A stretch of 62,380 nucleotides of DNA from Nanobdellota archaeon (GCA_034722435.1 JAYENX010000050.1:1-62380), one strand, 5' to 3'. Counted from the first letter of the stretch, positions 35,469-46,952 are shown. Notes: generated by a model from the sequence alone, not told the origin. Made by a program: numbers and translations.

Positions 35469-35634
35469 AAGCTATCACCATCTCTTTTTCAGTATTAAAT
35501 TAAATATTGTTAATATATAAAACATAAATATATCTATGTCAATTTATAAATAAAAGAAATATTGCTTTATAAACTTTTTGTTTATTATATATAAAAATAA
35601 TAAACTTAATATAAAACTCTCAACCATCAATCAT

Positions 35635-36519
35635 ATGAACAACGCAATTCTTATCAATCCTGCATCAGGAAAATCATCACTAGAAAGAAAGATTGAACTT
35701 CTTGAACCAATTGCAAAAAAACTAAAAGCAACACTACATCATAACACAAATTCAAGATTAGAACTTATGGAGCAAGCAAAAAAGCTTGCAAAATATCATG
35801 AGATACTCATAGTTGCTGGAGGTGACGGAACATTTGCTGATGTTTTAAACTCTGTACCCAAAGGAACAAACCTTGCATACCTACCCACGGGTTCAGGTAA
35901 TGCACTTCTAACTGCAATCGGATTAGTAGGACCTAAAACAAGTTTCTTGAAAGGGGTTTTAGGGATAGATACACTTAATCAAGCAACAGAAGCAATCTAC
36001 AAAGGTAAACCTCGACCAATTGACGTTATTGAATGTAACGGAAGACTCAGCCTACTAGCAAGTCTCGGATTTGATGCCCACGTTCTAAAACATAGAGAGC
36101 CATACTTAGAAGCAGGCCAAAAAGGATTTTTAACTTATGCAAAATCAGTTATTAAAACAATTTTATCAAACCCTGATACACCAATAGCAAAAGTTCAGAT
36201 TAATGGTGAAACTACACAAGACAAAATCTATGCATTGATAATTTCTAAACACCCATATTACGGATACGGAGTTACAGCAAACCCTAGAGCAGAACTCGGT
36301 GATGGAAAAATACATGTAAGAACATTTTCCAATCTAACCTCCCTAGCATCACACTACGCAAAAGCATTCTTCAACCTATCATCAAAACAAACAACTGCAA
36401 AACACATTCGTATAAAACTAGAACAATCAATCCCTTATCAACTAGATGGCGACTTAATCGGAGAAGAAAAACAATTAGAATTTAAAATAAAAGAAAAATA
36501 TATAAATATTACATCATAG
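35635..36519 (+). CDS. diacylglycerol/lipid kinase catalytic-domain protein (YegS/DAGK family)
   Basis: INPASGK N-terminus and [14 protein letters not shown] (GGDGT motif). The ATG at 35635 is preferred over the upstream TTG at 35578. Confidence 0.75.
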   Translation: MNNAILINPASGKSSLERKIELLEPIAKKLKATLHHNTNSRLELMEQAKKLAKYHEILIVAGGDGTFADVLNSVPKGTNLAYLPTGSGNALLTAIGLVGPKTSFLKGVLGIDTLNQATEAIYKGKPRPIDVIECNGRLSLLASLGFDAHVLKHREPYLEAGQKGFLTYAKSVIKTILSNPDTPIAKVQINGETTQDKIYALIISKHPYYGYGVTANPRAELGDGKIHVRTFSNLTSLASHYAKAFFNLSSKQTTAKHIRIKLEQSIPYQLDGDLIGEEKQLEFKIKEKYINITS

Positions 36520-38140
36520 GCATTCCACCCATACCACCCGGAGGCATTCCCGGCGGCATGTCAGGACCTTTTGAACCAGTACCTGCAATAACATCATCAA
36601 TTCTTAATATCATGATAGCTACTTCCGAAGCACTTTGAACAGCCTGAGTTTTAATCTTCAGAGGCTCAACAACCCCTTCCTGCCAAGCATCCATAACTTT
36701 TCCAGTGTAAACATTGATACCTGCCCATTTTTTATCTAGTTCATGTTCAGCTTTCAACTCAGTTAATACATCAATTGGATCCAGACCAGCATTTTCAGCT
36801 AACGTCCTCGGAATAATTTCCATAGCAGTAGCAAAAGCTTGCACAGCTAACTGTTCTCTTCCAGATAAAGAATCTGCATACTTTCGCAAATGTCTAGCAA
36901 GTTCAATCTCTGAAGCCCCAGCACCAGCCACAACTTTACCGATACGCAAAGCAGCCGCTAAGTCTCCAATCGCATCATCAATTGCTCTCTTAACTTCATC
37001 TATAACATGAGAAGTACCGCCTCTTACAAGTATTGTAACAGCTTTAGGATTCGAACACTCTTTCACATAAGTCATTTCTTCATCCCCAATCTTTTTCTCT
37101 TCTACAACACCTGCAGCACCTAAATCTGCTTCACTAAGATCATCTAAATTAGTAACTACCCTAGCCCCTGTCGCTCTTACAAGTTTTTCCATATCACTTT
37201 TCTTGACCCTTCGACAAGCATAAATATTATTCTTTGCAAGGAAATGCTGAGCAATATCATCTACACCTTTCTGACAGAAAACAACTGTAGCACCTGATGC
37301 AACAATTTTAGTAACCATATCCTTCAACATTTTTTCTTCCTGCGCAACGAACGCCTGAAGCTGAGCAGGGTCAGTTATCTGAATCTTTGCATCTGTCTCA
37401 GTATTCTTGATTTCAATTGCAGAATCAATTAAAGCAATCTTAGCATTTTTAACTTCTAAAGGCATACCAGAATGAACCCTTTCTTTGTCAAGTATAACGC
37501 CCTCAACCAGTTCACTTTCTTCAAACCCTGCACCAACTTTCTTCTCAATCTTAATATCATTAACATTAACCTTTGATCCTTCTGATACTCTCTTAATAGC
37601 ACGTACGGCGATATCTGCCAAAACATTTCCAGCATACTCCGCACCCTTACCAGTCATTGCGGTTTTTGCAATTTGTTTAAGAATATCATCATTTGTAACA
37701 TCAACATCTACAGCAATACTTTTCAAAACTGATTGAGCCTTTTCAGCTGCCAATCTATAACCTCTTGCAAGAATTGTTGGATGTACATCCTGATCAAGAA
37801 GTATCTCTGCCTGTTTAAGTAATTCACCTGCAACAATAACTGAAGTAGTAGTACCATCACCCACTTCATCTTCTTGAGTCTTTGCAACCTCAACAATCAT
37901 TTTAGCTGAAGGATGTTCAATCTGCATCTCTTCAAGAATTGTCACACCATCATTTGTAACTGTCACATCTCCCAAACTATCAACAATCATCTTATCCATA
38001 CCTTTTGGACCTAATGTTGTTCTAACAGTCTCCGCCACTAACTTAGCAGCCATGATATTAGTTCTTTGTGCATTTCTTCCAGTAGTTCTTTGAGTACCTT
38101 CAGGAAGTATGAAAATTGGTTGTACATTATTATTTGACAT
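36509..38140 (-). CDS. ths: thermosome subunit (group II chaperonin)
   Basis: [34 protein letters not shown] and a GGMGGMPMM tail. Confidence 0.97.
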   Translation of the reverse strand: MSNNNVQPIFILPEGTQRTTGRNAQRTNIMAAKLVAETVRTTLGPKGMDKMIVDSLGDVTVTNDGVTILEEMQIEHPSAKMIVEVAKTQEDEVGDGTTTSVIVAGELLKQAEILLDQDVHPTILARGYRLAAEKAQSVLKSIAVDVDVTNDDILKQIAKTAMTGKGAEYAGNVLADIAVRAIKRVSEGSKVNVNDIKIEKKVGAGFEESELVEGVILDKERVHSGMPLEVKNAKIALIDSAIEIKNTETDAKIQITDPAQLQAFVAQEEKMLKDMVTKIVASGATVVFCQKGVDDIAQHFLAKNNIYACRRVKKSDMEKLVRATGARVVTNLDDLSEADLGAAGVVEEKKIGDEEMTYVKECSNPKAVTILVRGGTSHVIDEVKRAIDDAIGDLAAALRIGKVVAGAGASEIELARHLRKYADSLSGREQLAVQAFATAMEIIPRTLAENAGLDPIDVLTELKAEHELDKKWAGINVYTGKVMDAWQEGVVEPLKIKTQAVQSASEVAIMILRIDDVIAGTGSKGPDMPPGMPPGGMGGMPMM

Positions 38141-38275
38141 TTATATCCCCCCTTGATTCATTTCTTTTATTATTAAAGTCACGAACAAGACATTTCCTGC
38201 TCGATAAAAATGAATTTTAGTAACCTTACAGAATTAAACAACGATATATAAAGGTTGTGGATTACTTTTAAACAT

Positions 38276-39304
38276 CTATTCTTTAAGAAAATACTGTTCC
38301 TGAGTCTTAAAAGTTCCAGCCACAAACGGCTTTCGAGATACTGGGTCAACCATCATAAGATAAAATAAAGAATTAACTATCCCTTTACCATCCCTCGCTC
38401 TTGAACGAAGATCACCTTGCGCAACATAAACATCCACTACAGAATCCAAAGGGACATGCACCTGATCAGTTGAACACATTGAAGCTCCAACATATAATTG
38501 CACTTTATCAAACTCAGCGTCAGGACCAACTTTTAATCTATCCCGTATCAAAGCTTCAGACTTATCCCCTGAAAGACTAGCAAACCTCACCATTGGATCC
38601 ACCATCAAAAAGGATGCAAGCATTGGAGAAATATAAGCATCAAACTTATCATGATAATCTTTCAAAGATATACCTGCAGACTGACAAAATTGTCTAAGCG
38701 TATCTTTTGTAATATCAAATTTATAAGGAAATTGATCAGGAAACTCTTGATTAACACAATAAATCCCTGCAACTGAACCATATACTTCATCAAGAACAAA
38801 ATTATTCTCACCAACACTTCTATCGCTAGACCCCATCAAACTATTCTTTTTATCTGAAAAAAAATCTAAAGGAATATTCACTTCACCAGCTTTATGCAAA
38901 AAAACAGATCCAGACATAGCAGTTACAATCTCTGTTAATCCATCTTCTTTAGGCAATGAAGGAGTTTTTACTTCTACCTTCATTTTTTTTGAAAAGTCAT
39001 CCCCATCTACTTCTTGAAACCAGTACTCTAACTCAATACCGTCCGTACCAACAACTATAGGATACCTTATTTTAGGAATATCAAAACCCGTTATCTTTTC
39101 ATCATGAAACTTTCGAGCCAATTTAGCAATGATTAAAGCACCAGGAGCAATTAATTCATCTCCTCGTAATAGATCATAATTTTTAATAAGTCCTGCCAAT
39201 TTAAGATAGTCTATAGACAATTTATGACTCAAATGAAAATCCCTATTTCTATCTCTATTACCTAATAAAGAAACCTCAATATCATTCTGTGTAACTCTTA
39301 CCAT
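38276..39304 (-). CDS. hypothetical protein (342 aa)
   Basis: A long ORF with typical codon usage and a GGTG Shine-Dalgarno. No motif recognised by eye. Confidence 0.5.
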   Translation of the reverse strand: MVRVTQNDIEVSLLGNRDRNRDFHLSHKLSIDYLKLAGLIKNYDLLRGDELIAPGALIIAKLARKFHDEKITGFDIPKIRYPIVVGTDGIELEYWFQEVDGDDFSKKMKVEVKTPSLPKEDGLTEIVTAMSGSVFLHKAGEVNIPLDFFSDKKNSLMGSSDRSVGENNFVLDEVYGSVAGIYCVNQEFPDQFPYKFDITKDTLRQFCQSAGISLKDYHDKFDAYISPMLASFLMVDPMVRFASLSGDKSEALIRDRLKVGPDAEFDKVQLYVGASMCSTDQVHVPLDSVVDVYVAQGDLRSRARDGKGIVNSLFYLMMVDPVSRKPFVAGTFKTQEQYFLKE

Positions 39305-39434
39305 TGTCTACACCGTATATATAACATATACTCTTGAAAGAGTAAGAACTTTTTAAACATTTATATGTTCAAAAATATGAAACAAAAACCAATTAACGAA
39401 AAACATAAAAACACATTAGTTTTCTTTTTTATGC

Positions 39435-40010
39435 ATGATACTTATTATTGCAGGTATGGCAGGAGTAGGAAAAAGCACTCTAGCTAAATTTTTAGCCAAA
39501 GAATTTAATTTAACATTTCTAGACGGCGGCGACATGATGAAAGAAATGGCTGTAGAAGCAGGATTAAAACCTACAGGAGATGAATGGTGGGAAACAGAAG
39601 AAGGTATGAAATTCTTAGAAATCCGAAAATCAGACTCTACATTTGACAAGAGACTAGATAAAAAGTTAATAGACAAAGCTGAAGAGCTTAATAATGTTGT
39701 AATGACATCTTGGGCAGTACCATGGCTGTACGATAAAGGTTTCAAAATCTACCTTAAAGGAACATTTAACGTAAGAAGTAAAAGAATCTCCGGTAGAGAC
39801 TCCACACAAGAACAAGCCGTAAAAGAAAAAGTGAAAGAAAGGGACGAAAGAAACATTAAACACTATAAAACCTTATACGGATTCAACATATCTGCAGATT
39901 ACGAACCTTTTGACTTAATAATTAACACAGACCTCTTTGGAATTGAAGAAATCAAAAATATTCTTATCAATATCATTAACAAATTAAAAAATGAACCACA
40001 ACCTTTATAA
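39435..40010 (+). CDS. cmk: archaeal-type cytidylate kinase / P-loop nucleotide kinase
   Basis: P-loop AGMAGVGKSTLAKFLAKEFNL. Length and layout (LID-like RSKRISGRD) match archaeal CMP kinase. Confidence 0.65.
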   Translation: MILIIAGMAGVGKSTLAKFLAKEFNLTFLDGGDMMKEMAVEAGLKPTGDEWWETEEGMKFLEIRKSDSTFDKRLDKKLIDKAEELNNVVMTSWAVPWLYDKGFKIYLKGTFNVRSKRISGRDSTQEQAVKEKVKERDERNIKHYKTLYGFNISADYEPFDLIINTDLFGIEEIKNILINIINKLKNEPQPL

Positions 40011-40066
40011 ATTAAAACCAAATCTCAAGATATCATACTTCTTATACTTAGAAGAAACAAGCTAAA

Positions 40067-40765
40067 ATGGCAACCATAAATAAAAAAGATTTTGTAGAAG
40101 TTGAATACTCTGGAAGATTAAAAGACAATAATGTATTGTTTGACACCACAGACGAAGCTCTTGCTAAACAGGAAAAGGTTCACAACCCTAGAATGAAATA
40201 CGGACCAGTAGTAATCTGTATCGGCGAAGGCCACATCCTTGGCGCTATTGACGAATTCCTTATAGGTAAAGAAACTGACAAAGAATATGCACTTGCTCTC
40301 GATCCTGAAAACGCGTTTGGCAAAAAAAATGCTAAACTTTTGAAGATTATACCCTTATCAAAATTCAAAAAACAAAAAATTAACCCTGTAATAGGCCTAC
40401 AAGTTAACATTGACGGAGTTTACGGAATCATCAAAACTGTTACTGGTGGAAGAACAATTGTAGATTTTAACCATCCACTATCAGGCAGAGGAGTTATTTA
40501 TACTATTAAAGCTAATAAGATTATTACAGATACAAAAGAAAAAGCAGAATCTCTCTTAAGTATGCTTCTTAACCTAAGCGATATAGATATTGAAATCAAA
40601 AACGAAACATTAACAATCATGATTAATAAAGAAGCTCCTACAAGGTTACAATCAAAACTCAACGAAAAAATAACAGCTTTAATTCCTGAGATTAAAAAAG
40701 TAGAATATTTACTTAAATCACAGGATAAGAAACCTGAAATTAAGAAGCCTGAAATCAAAGAATAA
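40067..40765 (+). CDS. long-type FKBP peptidyl-prolyl cis-trans isomerase
   Basis: DFVEVEYSGRLKDNNVLFDTTDE, an IF-domain insert, DFNHPLSGRGVIYTI, and an archaeal C-terminal domain. Confidence 0.85.
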   Translation: MATINKKDFVEVEYSGRLKDNNVLFDTTDEALAKQEKVHNPRMKYGPVVICIGEGHILGAIDEFLIGKETDKEYALALDPENAFGKKNAKLLKIIPLSKFKKQKINPVIGLQVNIDGVYGIIKTVTGGRTIVDFNHPLSGRGVIYTIKANKIITDTKEKAESLLSMLLNLSDIDIEIKNETLTIMINKEAPTRLQSKLNEKITALIPEIKKVEYLLKSQDKKPEIKKPEIKE

Positions 40766-40814
40766 ATTTATATATTAGTAATGAATATTTAAGAAGTAAA
40801 TGTGAGGTGTGGAA

Positions 40815-41963
40815 ATGGACAGCTTTATTAAAAATGCTACAGAAATTTCTGAAGAAGAAATACCCAATACTGATATTCAACCAACGCAGAAAATGCACGA
40901 ATCAAGAAGCAAGAACGATGTTGACGCAGAATTAGCTGCAATGCTTGCAAAGCACAAAGCTACTATCAAAGTTATAGGTACTGGCGGAGGCGGCAACAAC
41001 ACTATTAACAGAATCACAGAGGTAGGTATCAAAGGGGCTGAAACAATTGCCTTGAATACAGATGCTCAAGACCTCCTTTATACTACTGCAGATAAAAAAA
41101 TTTTACTAGGTAAAGATATAACACAAGGACTTGGCGCAGGATCAATCCCAAAAATTGGTGAAGAATCTGCTCGCGAATCCGAAGGTGAAATTAAAAAAGC
41201 GATGCAAGGCGCTGACATGGTTTTCATAACATGCGGTCTCGGCGGCGGTACAGGTACAGGTTCTGCACCTATAGTAGCAGAAGTCGCTAAGAAAATGGGC
41301 GCTCTAACTGTTTGTATCGTAACAGTCCCTTTCAATATGGAAGGCCAGCGAAGATACGAAAACGCAATGTATGGACTTGAAAGACTTGAACAACTAGCCG
41401 ATACATTAATCGTAATTCCTAACGATAAATTAATCGAGCTTGCTCCAGATTTACCACTTCATACTGCTTTCAAAGTAGCTGATGAAATATTAACTAACGC
41501 TGTAAAAGGAATTGCAGAACTCGTAACAAAAGCAGGTCTTGTAAACCTTGACTTTGCAGATATCAGAGCTGTCATGGGTAACGGCGGTGTAGCTTTAATC
41601 GGTGTTGGAGAATCAGACACAGAAAACAGAGCAGTTGAAGCTGTTGAAAAAGCTTTACAAAACCCTTTACTTGACGTTGACGTTTCAGGCGCAAACGGAG
41701 CACTTATCAATGTCGCAGGAGGTCCTGATATGACACTTGATGAAGCTAAAGCAATTGTTGAAACAGTATCAGAACGTCTCCAGGATGATGCAAGAATTAT
41801 ATGGGGTGCTCAAATTTACGATGACCTTCAAGGTCTTATAAGAACAATGTTAATTGTTACAGGAGTCAAATCATCACAAATTTTCGGCTCTACTAATAAA
41901 GAAGTTTCAAATAAAAAGAAAAAAGAGATTGAGAATACATTAGGAATTGAATTTGTGGACTAA
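40815..41963 (+). CDS. ftsZ: cell division GTPase FtsZ
   Basis: [13 protein letters not shown] and [22 protein letters not shown] Shine-Dalgarno 5 nt before the ATG at 40815. The GTG at 40809 is rejected. Confidence 0.95.
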   Translation: MDSFIKNATEISEEEIPNTDIQPTQKMHESRSKNDVDAELAAMLAKHKATIKVIGTGGGGNNTINRITEVGIKGAETIALNTDAQDLLYTTADKKILLGKDITQGLGAGSIPKIGEESARESEGEIKKAMQGADMVFITCGLGGGTGTGSAPIVAEVAKKMGALTVCIVTVPFNMEGQRRYENAMYGLERLEQLADTLIVIPNDKLIELAPDLPLHTAFKVADEILTNAVKGIAELVTKAGLVNLDFADIRAVMGNGGVALIGVGESDTENRAVEAVEKALQNPLLDVDVSGANGALINVAGGPDMTLDEAKAIVETVSERLQDDARIIWGAQIYDDLQGLIRTMLIVTGVKSSQIFGSTNKEVSNKKKKEIENTLGIEFVD

Positions 41964-41965
41964 AA

Positions 41966-42166
41966 ATGGAATTTCAAAAACAAGAAAAGCAAAGTACATG
42001 GTTTAAAATTAAAAGATTCGGTAAAGAATGTAAACGAGTCTTAAAAATTACAAGAAAACCTTCAGGTGACGAATTCAAGACAATTGTCAAAATTTCGGCT
42101 ATTGGACTTGCAGTCATCGGATTAATTGGATTCGTAATAGCAATAATTAAACAGGTGTTTTTTTAA
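41966..42166 (+). CDS. secE: protein translocase subunit SecE / Sec61gamma
   Basis: 66 aa with one C-terminal TM. ECKRVLKITRKPSGDEF motif. Conserved position upstream of spt5/L11. Confidence 0.85.
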   Translation: MEFQKQEKQSTWFKIKRFGKECKRVLKITRKPSGDEFKTIVKISAIGLAVIGLIGFVIAIIKQVFF

Positions 42167-42167
42167 A

Positions 42168-42632
42168 ATGGGACAAATATTCGCACTAAGAACAACCGCA
42201 AATCGGGAAGATCAAGTTATGGACTTTGTAACTAGTAATGTTCAAAAGAAAAAACTTGAAGTTTACTCAGTAATACGTGGACATGGCATGCGCGGCTACA
42301 TTTTTGTAGAAGCTGAAACAAAAACAGACGCAGAACAAGCTGCTTTCAATGTACCTTACGCTAGAGGCATTCTTCCTAAAGAGATCGCTTATTCAGAGAT
42401 TGAACATATGCTTGAACAAGGCAAAAAAGAAATGAACATCAAAAAGAACGACATTGTTGAAATTATCTCAGGCCCGTTCAAGAGAGAACAAGCAAAAGTT
42501 ACAAGAATCGACAAAACAAAAGAAGATGTTGTAGTTGAACTTCTAGAATCAGCCGTACCTATTCCAATAACAATTAAAATGGACTCTGTCAAAGTTATCA
42601 GAAGGGAAGGCGAAGAAGAGGAAGAAGATTAA
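42168..42632 (+). CDS. spt5: transcription elongation factor Spt5 (NusG)
   Basis: NGN domain (IFALRTTANREDQV...GYIFVEA) plus KOW (DIVEIISGPFKREQAKVTRID). Acidic tail EGEEEEED. Confidence 0.9.
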   Translation: MGQIFALRTTANREDQVMDFVTSNVQKKKLEVYSVIRGHGMRGYIFVEAETKTDAEQAAFNVPYARGILPKEIAYSEIEHMLEQGKKEMNIKKNDIVEIISGPFKREQAKVTRIDKTKEDVVVELLESAVPIPITIKMDSVKVIRREGEEEEED

Positions 42633-42673
42633 AAACTAAAAAATATTTTTTTTATTATATTTTATTATCAACC

Positions 42674-42970
42674 TTATTCTGAAAGATTAATAACTAATTT
42701 TTCTGAAGATTCACGTACAGAAGTATAAAGATCAACTATTTTAGAAAAAAACTCATCACCAGGTTTTAATCTAGACTGCGCATAATCAAACAAAGTATTA
42801 AAATCATAAGGATGTAAACTAGGATGCATTACGACCCCTCCACAAAACTCGTGTAACTGCGTTGCTTGTTCAATTGATAATTTGTCACCAAAACATGCTT
42901 CTAAAGTCTCCCTTTGTTTTTCATAGACTTGTTGCGTTTCTTCAGGTATTGTTACAATTGGTGTATACAT
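42674..42970 (-). CDS. hypothetical protein (98 aa)
   Basis: ORF with plausible composition between conserved genes. No motif recognised. Confidence 0.4.
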   Translation of the reverse strand: MYTPIVTIPEETQQVYEKQRETLEACFGDKLSIEQATQLHEFCGGVVMHPSLHPYDFNTLFDYAQSRLKPGDEFFSKIVDLYTSVRESSEKLVINLSE

Positions 42971-43080
42971 TGTAAAATATCAGAACATAACCCAGTTTAT
43001 ATACATTATTGTAATCAAATATATACACAGATTCCACAAACTTTATAAATAACATATTTTTCCAGTAATTCATTAAGAAA

Positions 43081-43818
43081 ATGGCAAAAGAAATAGTTGA
43101 ATCATTGATTGAAGGCGGAAAAGCAACAGCTGCACCACCTCTAGGGCCTGCATTAGGACCTATGGGAGTAAACATCGGCCAAGTAGTCGCTGCTATCAAC
43201 CAAAAAACTGCTTCATTTAAAGGAATGCAAGTTCCTGTAAAAGTCATTATAGATTCTGATACTAAAGAGTTCGAAATTGAAATCGGTACACCGCCCGCTT
43301 CAGCACTTATCAAAAAAGAAGCAGGTGTACAAAAAGGTGCCGGCAACCCGCTAGCGGATAAAGTTGCAGATCTAAAAATCGAACAAATCATTAAAATTGC
43401 TAAAATGAAAGAAGACGCTTTACTTGGCAAAACTTTAAAAGAAAAAATTAAAGAAATCATTGGCACATGCAATTCTATGGGTATCCTAGTTGAAGGAGTT
43501 CCTGCAAAGGACACGATTAAACTTGTTAATGAAAATAAGTTTGATAAAGAGATTAAAGAAGAAAAGACAGAACTTTCAGCTGAAGAGTTAAAAGAAGTTG
43601 AAGAAGAGAAAAAGAAACTTGCTAAAGATATGGAAGACAAACGTGCTGATTACGAAACTAAAGCTAAAGAAATCGTTAACCAAATGAAAGGAAAATCAAA
43701 TTCAAATATCCGTTCAAAGATGAAAGACGAAAAAATACCTCAACCAATCATTGACGAGATATGTCCTGCAGAAGCAACACCTGCAGCAGGCGCAGCTCCT
43801 GCTCCTGCAAAGAAATAA
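43081..43818 (+). CDS. rpl11: 50S ribosomal protein L11 (uL11) with ~85-aa C-terminal extension
   Basis: GGKATAAPPLGPALGPMGVNIGQVV... through GILVEGV covers a normal ~160-aa uL11. A charged helical segment follows, then EATPAAGAAPAPAKK. Confidence 0.9.
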   Translation: MAKEIVESLIEGGKATAAPPLGPALGPMGVNIGQVVAAINQKTASFKGMQVPVKVIIDSDTKEFEIEIGTPPASALIKKEAGVQKGAGNPLADKVADLKIEQIIKIAKMKEDALLGKTLKEKIKEIIGTCNSMGILVEGVPAKDTIKLVNENKFDKEIKEEKTELSAEELKEVEEEKKKLAKDMEDKRADYETKAKEIVNQMKGKSNSNIRSKMKDEKIPQPIIDEICPAEATPAAGAAPAPAKK

Positions 43819-43837
43819 TAATTCTAATTTAAATTAT

Positions 43838-44983
43838 CTATTCTAACTCTTTCTCTAACATTGTAATGTTTTGCTTTGGAAGAGCTTTAGGGTCTACTGG
43901 CAATATCACAATAGAATTAGTACCTGAAACTTTATCTTTTATCATACTTATTGCATGAAGAACTTTAGTAAACTCATTCGACGTAGTCAAATATTCTAAA
44001 CCTTCAAGAAGTATAACACTTTTATTATTACCCACTTTATCCATAAAGTCTGTCACTGCAAACGTAAGCTGTTCAAGTTCTACAGGGTTAAGATACGCAT
44101 GTTCAGTCTCAATTCTTGTAAGCCATATAAGCGGAGTTTGTTTCAGACCATAGTTAGATTTCACAATTTCAGGATTCGACCTGGATATCGCCAAACCATA
44201 AACCTTGTGAAGCACATGATCAATAAACATATCATAACTTTTATGCGGTTTTTGTTCTTTAACCAGATGCACTTTTCCAAGTTCTAATTTATACTTAGGC
44301 GGACCACCACTTGTCACAGATTCAATCTTTGGCGTAATTTCCAGTATATGCTCAGTTAAAGGCCTCCTATAATAATCAACAAACCCTACAAGCATTAACA
44401 ACATCGGAAGCAAAGATATTGTATAAAATAAAGCAGAAAACTCAATCCCAAACCCAATTGAAACTAAAACTACATATCCAAGCCAAGCTATACTTTGAAT
44501 AATAGAAAATCTTCTACCGCTTATTAAAAAATATCTCATGAAAAGTACACAGATAACAATATTAAAAGGAATATCAAACAAAAAAATATGCAAATTTTCA
44601 GCCAACAATATTCTACCACCTAAAAAGTCAAACCAGGCAGTCACGAACAATTGCAATATTAGAAAAGCTAAAGGAAATGCTCGTCTCCAAAAACGTTTCT
44701 TTGTAACAAGTATAGTTATTCCTAGATACACGAATATAAAAAATACCGAAACAAGACTCTGCCTTATGAAATGCAAAAAAGTATACATAAAACCTGTATC
44801 AGGAAGACTGCCCGCTATAAACAATGAAGAAAGAAAATAACTAAAAGCAAAGGCAAGAAATCCTGAACCCCAATACAGCAAACTACGATCTTTCCCCTTT
44901 TTCCATCTCAAAAAGAGTAATAAAGTTATAACTAAAGAGAACAACGCGATAATTATATGGTAAGTCCATAATGGTACAGTCAT
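43838..44983 (-). CDS. 7TM sensor-like membrane protein with C-terminal DUF835 domain (copy B)
   Basis: Seven N-terminal hydrophobic segments. The C-terminal GLAISRSNPEIVKSNYGLKQTPLIWLTR...VILLEGLEYL is typical of DUF835. Confidence 0.65.
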   Translation of the reverse strand: MTVPLWTYHIIIALFSLVITLLLFLRWKKGKDRSLLYWGSGFLAFAFSYFLSSLFIAGSLPDTGFMYTFLHFIRQSLVSVFFIFVYLGITILVTKKRFWRRAFPLAFLILQLFVTAWFDFLGGRILLAENLHIFLFDIPFNIVICVLFMRYFLISGRRFSIIQSIAWLGYVVLVSIGFGIEFSALFYTISLLPMLLMLVGFVDYYRRPLTEHILEITPKIESVTSGGPPKYKLELGKVHLVKEQKPHKSYDMFIDHVLHKVYGLAISRSNPEIVKSNYGLKQTPLIWLTRIETEHAYLNPVELEQLTFAVTDFMDKVGNNKSVILLEGLEYLTTSNEFTKVLHAISMIKDKVSGTNSIVILPVDPKALPKQNITMLEKELE

Positions 44984-46134
44984 AATCTATCAAGCTCCCT
45001 TTCAATCAATCTTAATTGAACTTCATCAAACGCTCCAGACTTTATAGGCATCAACAAATTCGAATTTACCAATGAAATCTTATCTTTAACATCTTGAATA
45101 AGGTGTAAAGTTTTTAAAAACGAATTATAAGTAGTAAGATACTCGACCCCGTCAAGGTATACAACACTTTTCTCAGCAGTTCCAATAAAACGTTCAACAG
45201 TGTAACCAATCTCTTCAATATCTGCAGGATTAAGAGCATCTTTAACATTCAACTCAGTTAACCACATAATAGGCGTACGTTTCAAAGGATACTCTTCAAG
45301 TATTTTTTTAGGATTCGTTCTTGTCAAACATAATCCTGACTTGCCATGAAGTATCTGATCAAGAAACACATGAAAATTTTCATGGAAAGACTTATCCCGA
45401 ATCACCAACGACGATTTCAAAGGTAAAGGATACTTCTGAAACTCTTTAGCACTACACTCTTCTGCCAACGGTTCTCTAACAAAAAGATAATGTCGATGTA
45501 TTGAATACGTAATAAACCCATACATGGCAATTGAAAAAAATACTGCCGACCTAAAAGTAATCTTACCAAACGCTGGAAAAACTACATCAGTCAACCCCGC
45601 AATAAACATAAACATTGAAAGACCTATTATTGCATAAGCAGCCTGCATTCTCCTTATATCAGTGTCAGGTTCTTTCAACGAAACATTAAAATTCCTTATA
45701 GCTAACAATAAATAAACAACAAAATAAATTGCAAACCATTTAGCTACCCCCCCTAATAAAGGATTAAAACTGTGAGAAAAATAAACCCCTTCAACTAACT
45801 TCCCTATCATAATAAAAAATAAAGAAGGAATGTACAAAAGTAATTTCAAATATTCATCTTTAAACATCCTATCTTTAGGAAATACAGTGGTAAAATGTAA
45901 AAACACTGCAGGTAACAAAATCAAAAATATTCCAAAAGCTTTCGCCCAGGGGAGAGCTTGCGCGCTACTATCCGCCACTCTAATAAATATGTCAGAAAAA
46001 AACATTAACCCTATAAGTACTGAAAAAAGAAGGAACAATCTATTAACTTTATTCTTTTGATTTTTTATAAGTACAATAAGACCTAACGCTATAGCAAATA
46101 CAAAAGCAATAAATGAAAAAAGTACATGCGTCAT
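44980..46134 (-). CDS. 7TM sensor-like membrane protein with C-terminal DUF835 domain (copy A)
   Basis: The N-terminus resembles the 7TM region of histidine kinases (KNKVNRLFLLFSVLIGLMFF). The C-terminus reads GLCLTRTNPKKILEEYPLKRTPIMWLTE...VVYLDGVEYL. Confidence 0.65.
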   Translation of the reverse strand: MTHVLFSFIAFVFAIALGLIVLIKNQKNKVNRLFLLFSVLIGLMFFSDIFIRVADSSAQALPWAKAFGIFLILLPAVFLHFTTVFPKDRMFKDEYLKLLLYIPSLFFIMIGKLVEGVYFSHSFNPLLGGVAKWFAIYFVVYLLLAIRNFNVSLKEPDTDIRRMQAAYAIIGLSMFMFIAGLTDVVFPAFGKITFRSAVFFSIAMYGFITYSIHRHYLFVREPLAEECSAKEFQKYPLPLKSSLVIRDKSFHENFHVFLDQILHGKSGLCLTRTNPKKILEEYPLKRTPIMWLTELNVKDALNPADIEEIGYTVERFIGTAEKSVVYLDGVEYLTTYNSFLKTLHLIQDVKDKISLVNSNLLMPIKSGAFDEVQLRLIERELDRL

Positions 46135-46137
46135 TCT

Positions 46138-46947
46138 TTATCCAACTAACTTTGTCAATGCCCTAAACCTTCCTTTACTGAAATCCAGTACAAAGATGTC
46201 CATGCTAGCTTTTGTAGCTCTTAACTTAGCCACGTTAAGCTCTCTTTTGACTTTCATACCCTCCCTTTTCATTGAAACATGCAATATAGCATCTGCCAAA
46301 AAATCTTCAACATCATACTCTCCATATCTGCTCTCATCTAAAGGCATCTCTGAGATTAAATAAGACGTTATCCCAAGATCTCGAAGGTATTCATACATAT
46401 AAAAAAGTTTAGTCCTTGGCTCTTTAAAAGTTGATAAAGAATAAAGTGCCGACATTGAGTCAAGAGCAAAAAGATCGCAAACTCCAGCATCTTTCAATTT
46501 TGAAATTATATTTTTCAAAACATTTAACCAATCAGCATCAGGATTAATATTCTTAAGCTCTCTCAACTCTTTCCTTATAGCTCCTACATCCGCAAATATA
46601 AGTGTCCCTTTCTCAGCAGTCCGTTTAATTTTATCAATGTTCTCATCAATCTTTGCAATATCCGATATTGTGATAACTCGAACCTGTGAAAGATCATAAC
46701 CCATAGAAATTACATGATTCAAAAGCGAAATCGAACTCTGCTCAAGAGTAATATAAACTCCAGATTTATTTTTCTGTACAACTTCATTATACATTACATT
46801 AAAAACAACTGAAGATTTCATTGTACCTGACGTACCTGCAACTAAAGATACAAATCCTTCGGGTATCCCTCCTTCAATATGTCTATCAAAATTCTCGATA
46901 TATGTCGGAACTCTTTTAATTTCTGATTTATGTGCAACTAACTCCAT
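46138..46947 (-). CDS. KaiC/RecA-superfamily ATPase-like protein with atypical P-loop
   Basis: GGIPEGFVSLVAGTSGTMKSS has Met where the invariant Gly precedes Lys. Walker B-like LFALDSMSAL. Single-domain KaiC-like length (269 aa). Confidence 0.65.
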   Translation of the reverse strand: MELVAHKSEIKRVPTYIENFDRHIEGGIPEGFVSLVAGTSGTMKSSVVFNVMYNEVVQKNKSGVYITLEQSSISLLNHVISMGYDLSQVRVITISDIAKIDENIDKIKRTAEKGTLIFADVGAIRKELRELKNINPDADWLNVLKNIISKLKDAGVCDLFALDSMSALYSLSTFKEPRTKLFYMYEYLRDLGITSYLISEMPLDESRYGEYDVEDFLADAILHVSMKREGMKVKRELNVAKLRATKASMDIFVLDFSKGRFRALTKLVG

Positions 46948-46952
46948 CTAAT

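Noticed and set aside
39377-39490. 37-codon ORF (MKQKPINEKHKN...) upstream of and overlapping the cmk start
   Set aside because: It has no Shine-Dalgarno, it overlaps cmk out of frame, and its composition is typical of A-rich non-coding sequence.
42942-43640. 232-aa ORF on the minus strand opposite rpl11
   Set aside because: It is antisense to a highly conserved ribosomal protein gene. Its S/F/I-rich low-complexity translation shows no start context, so it is a shadow ORF.
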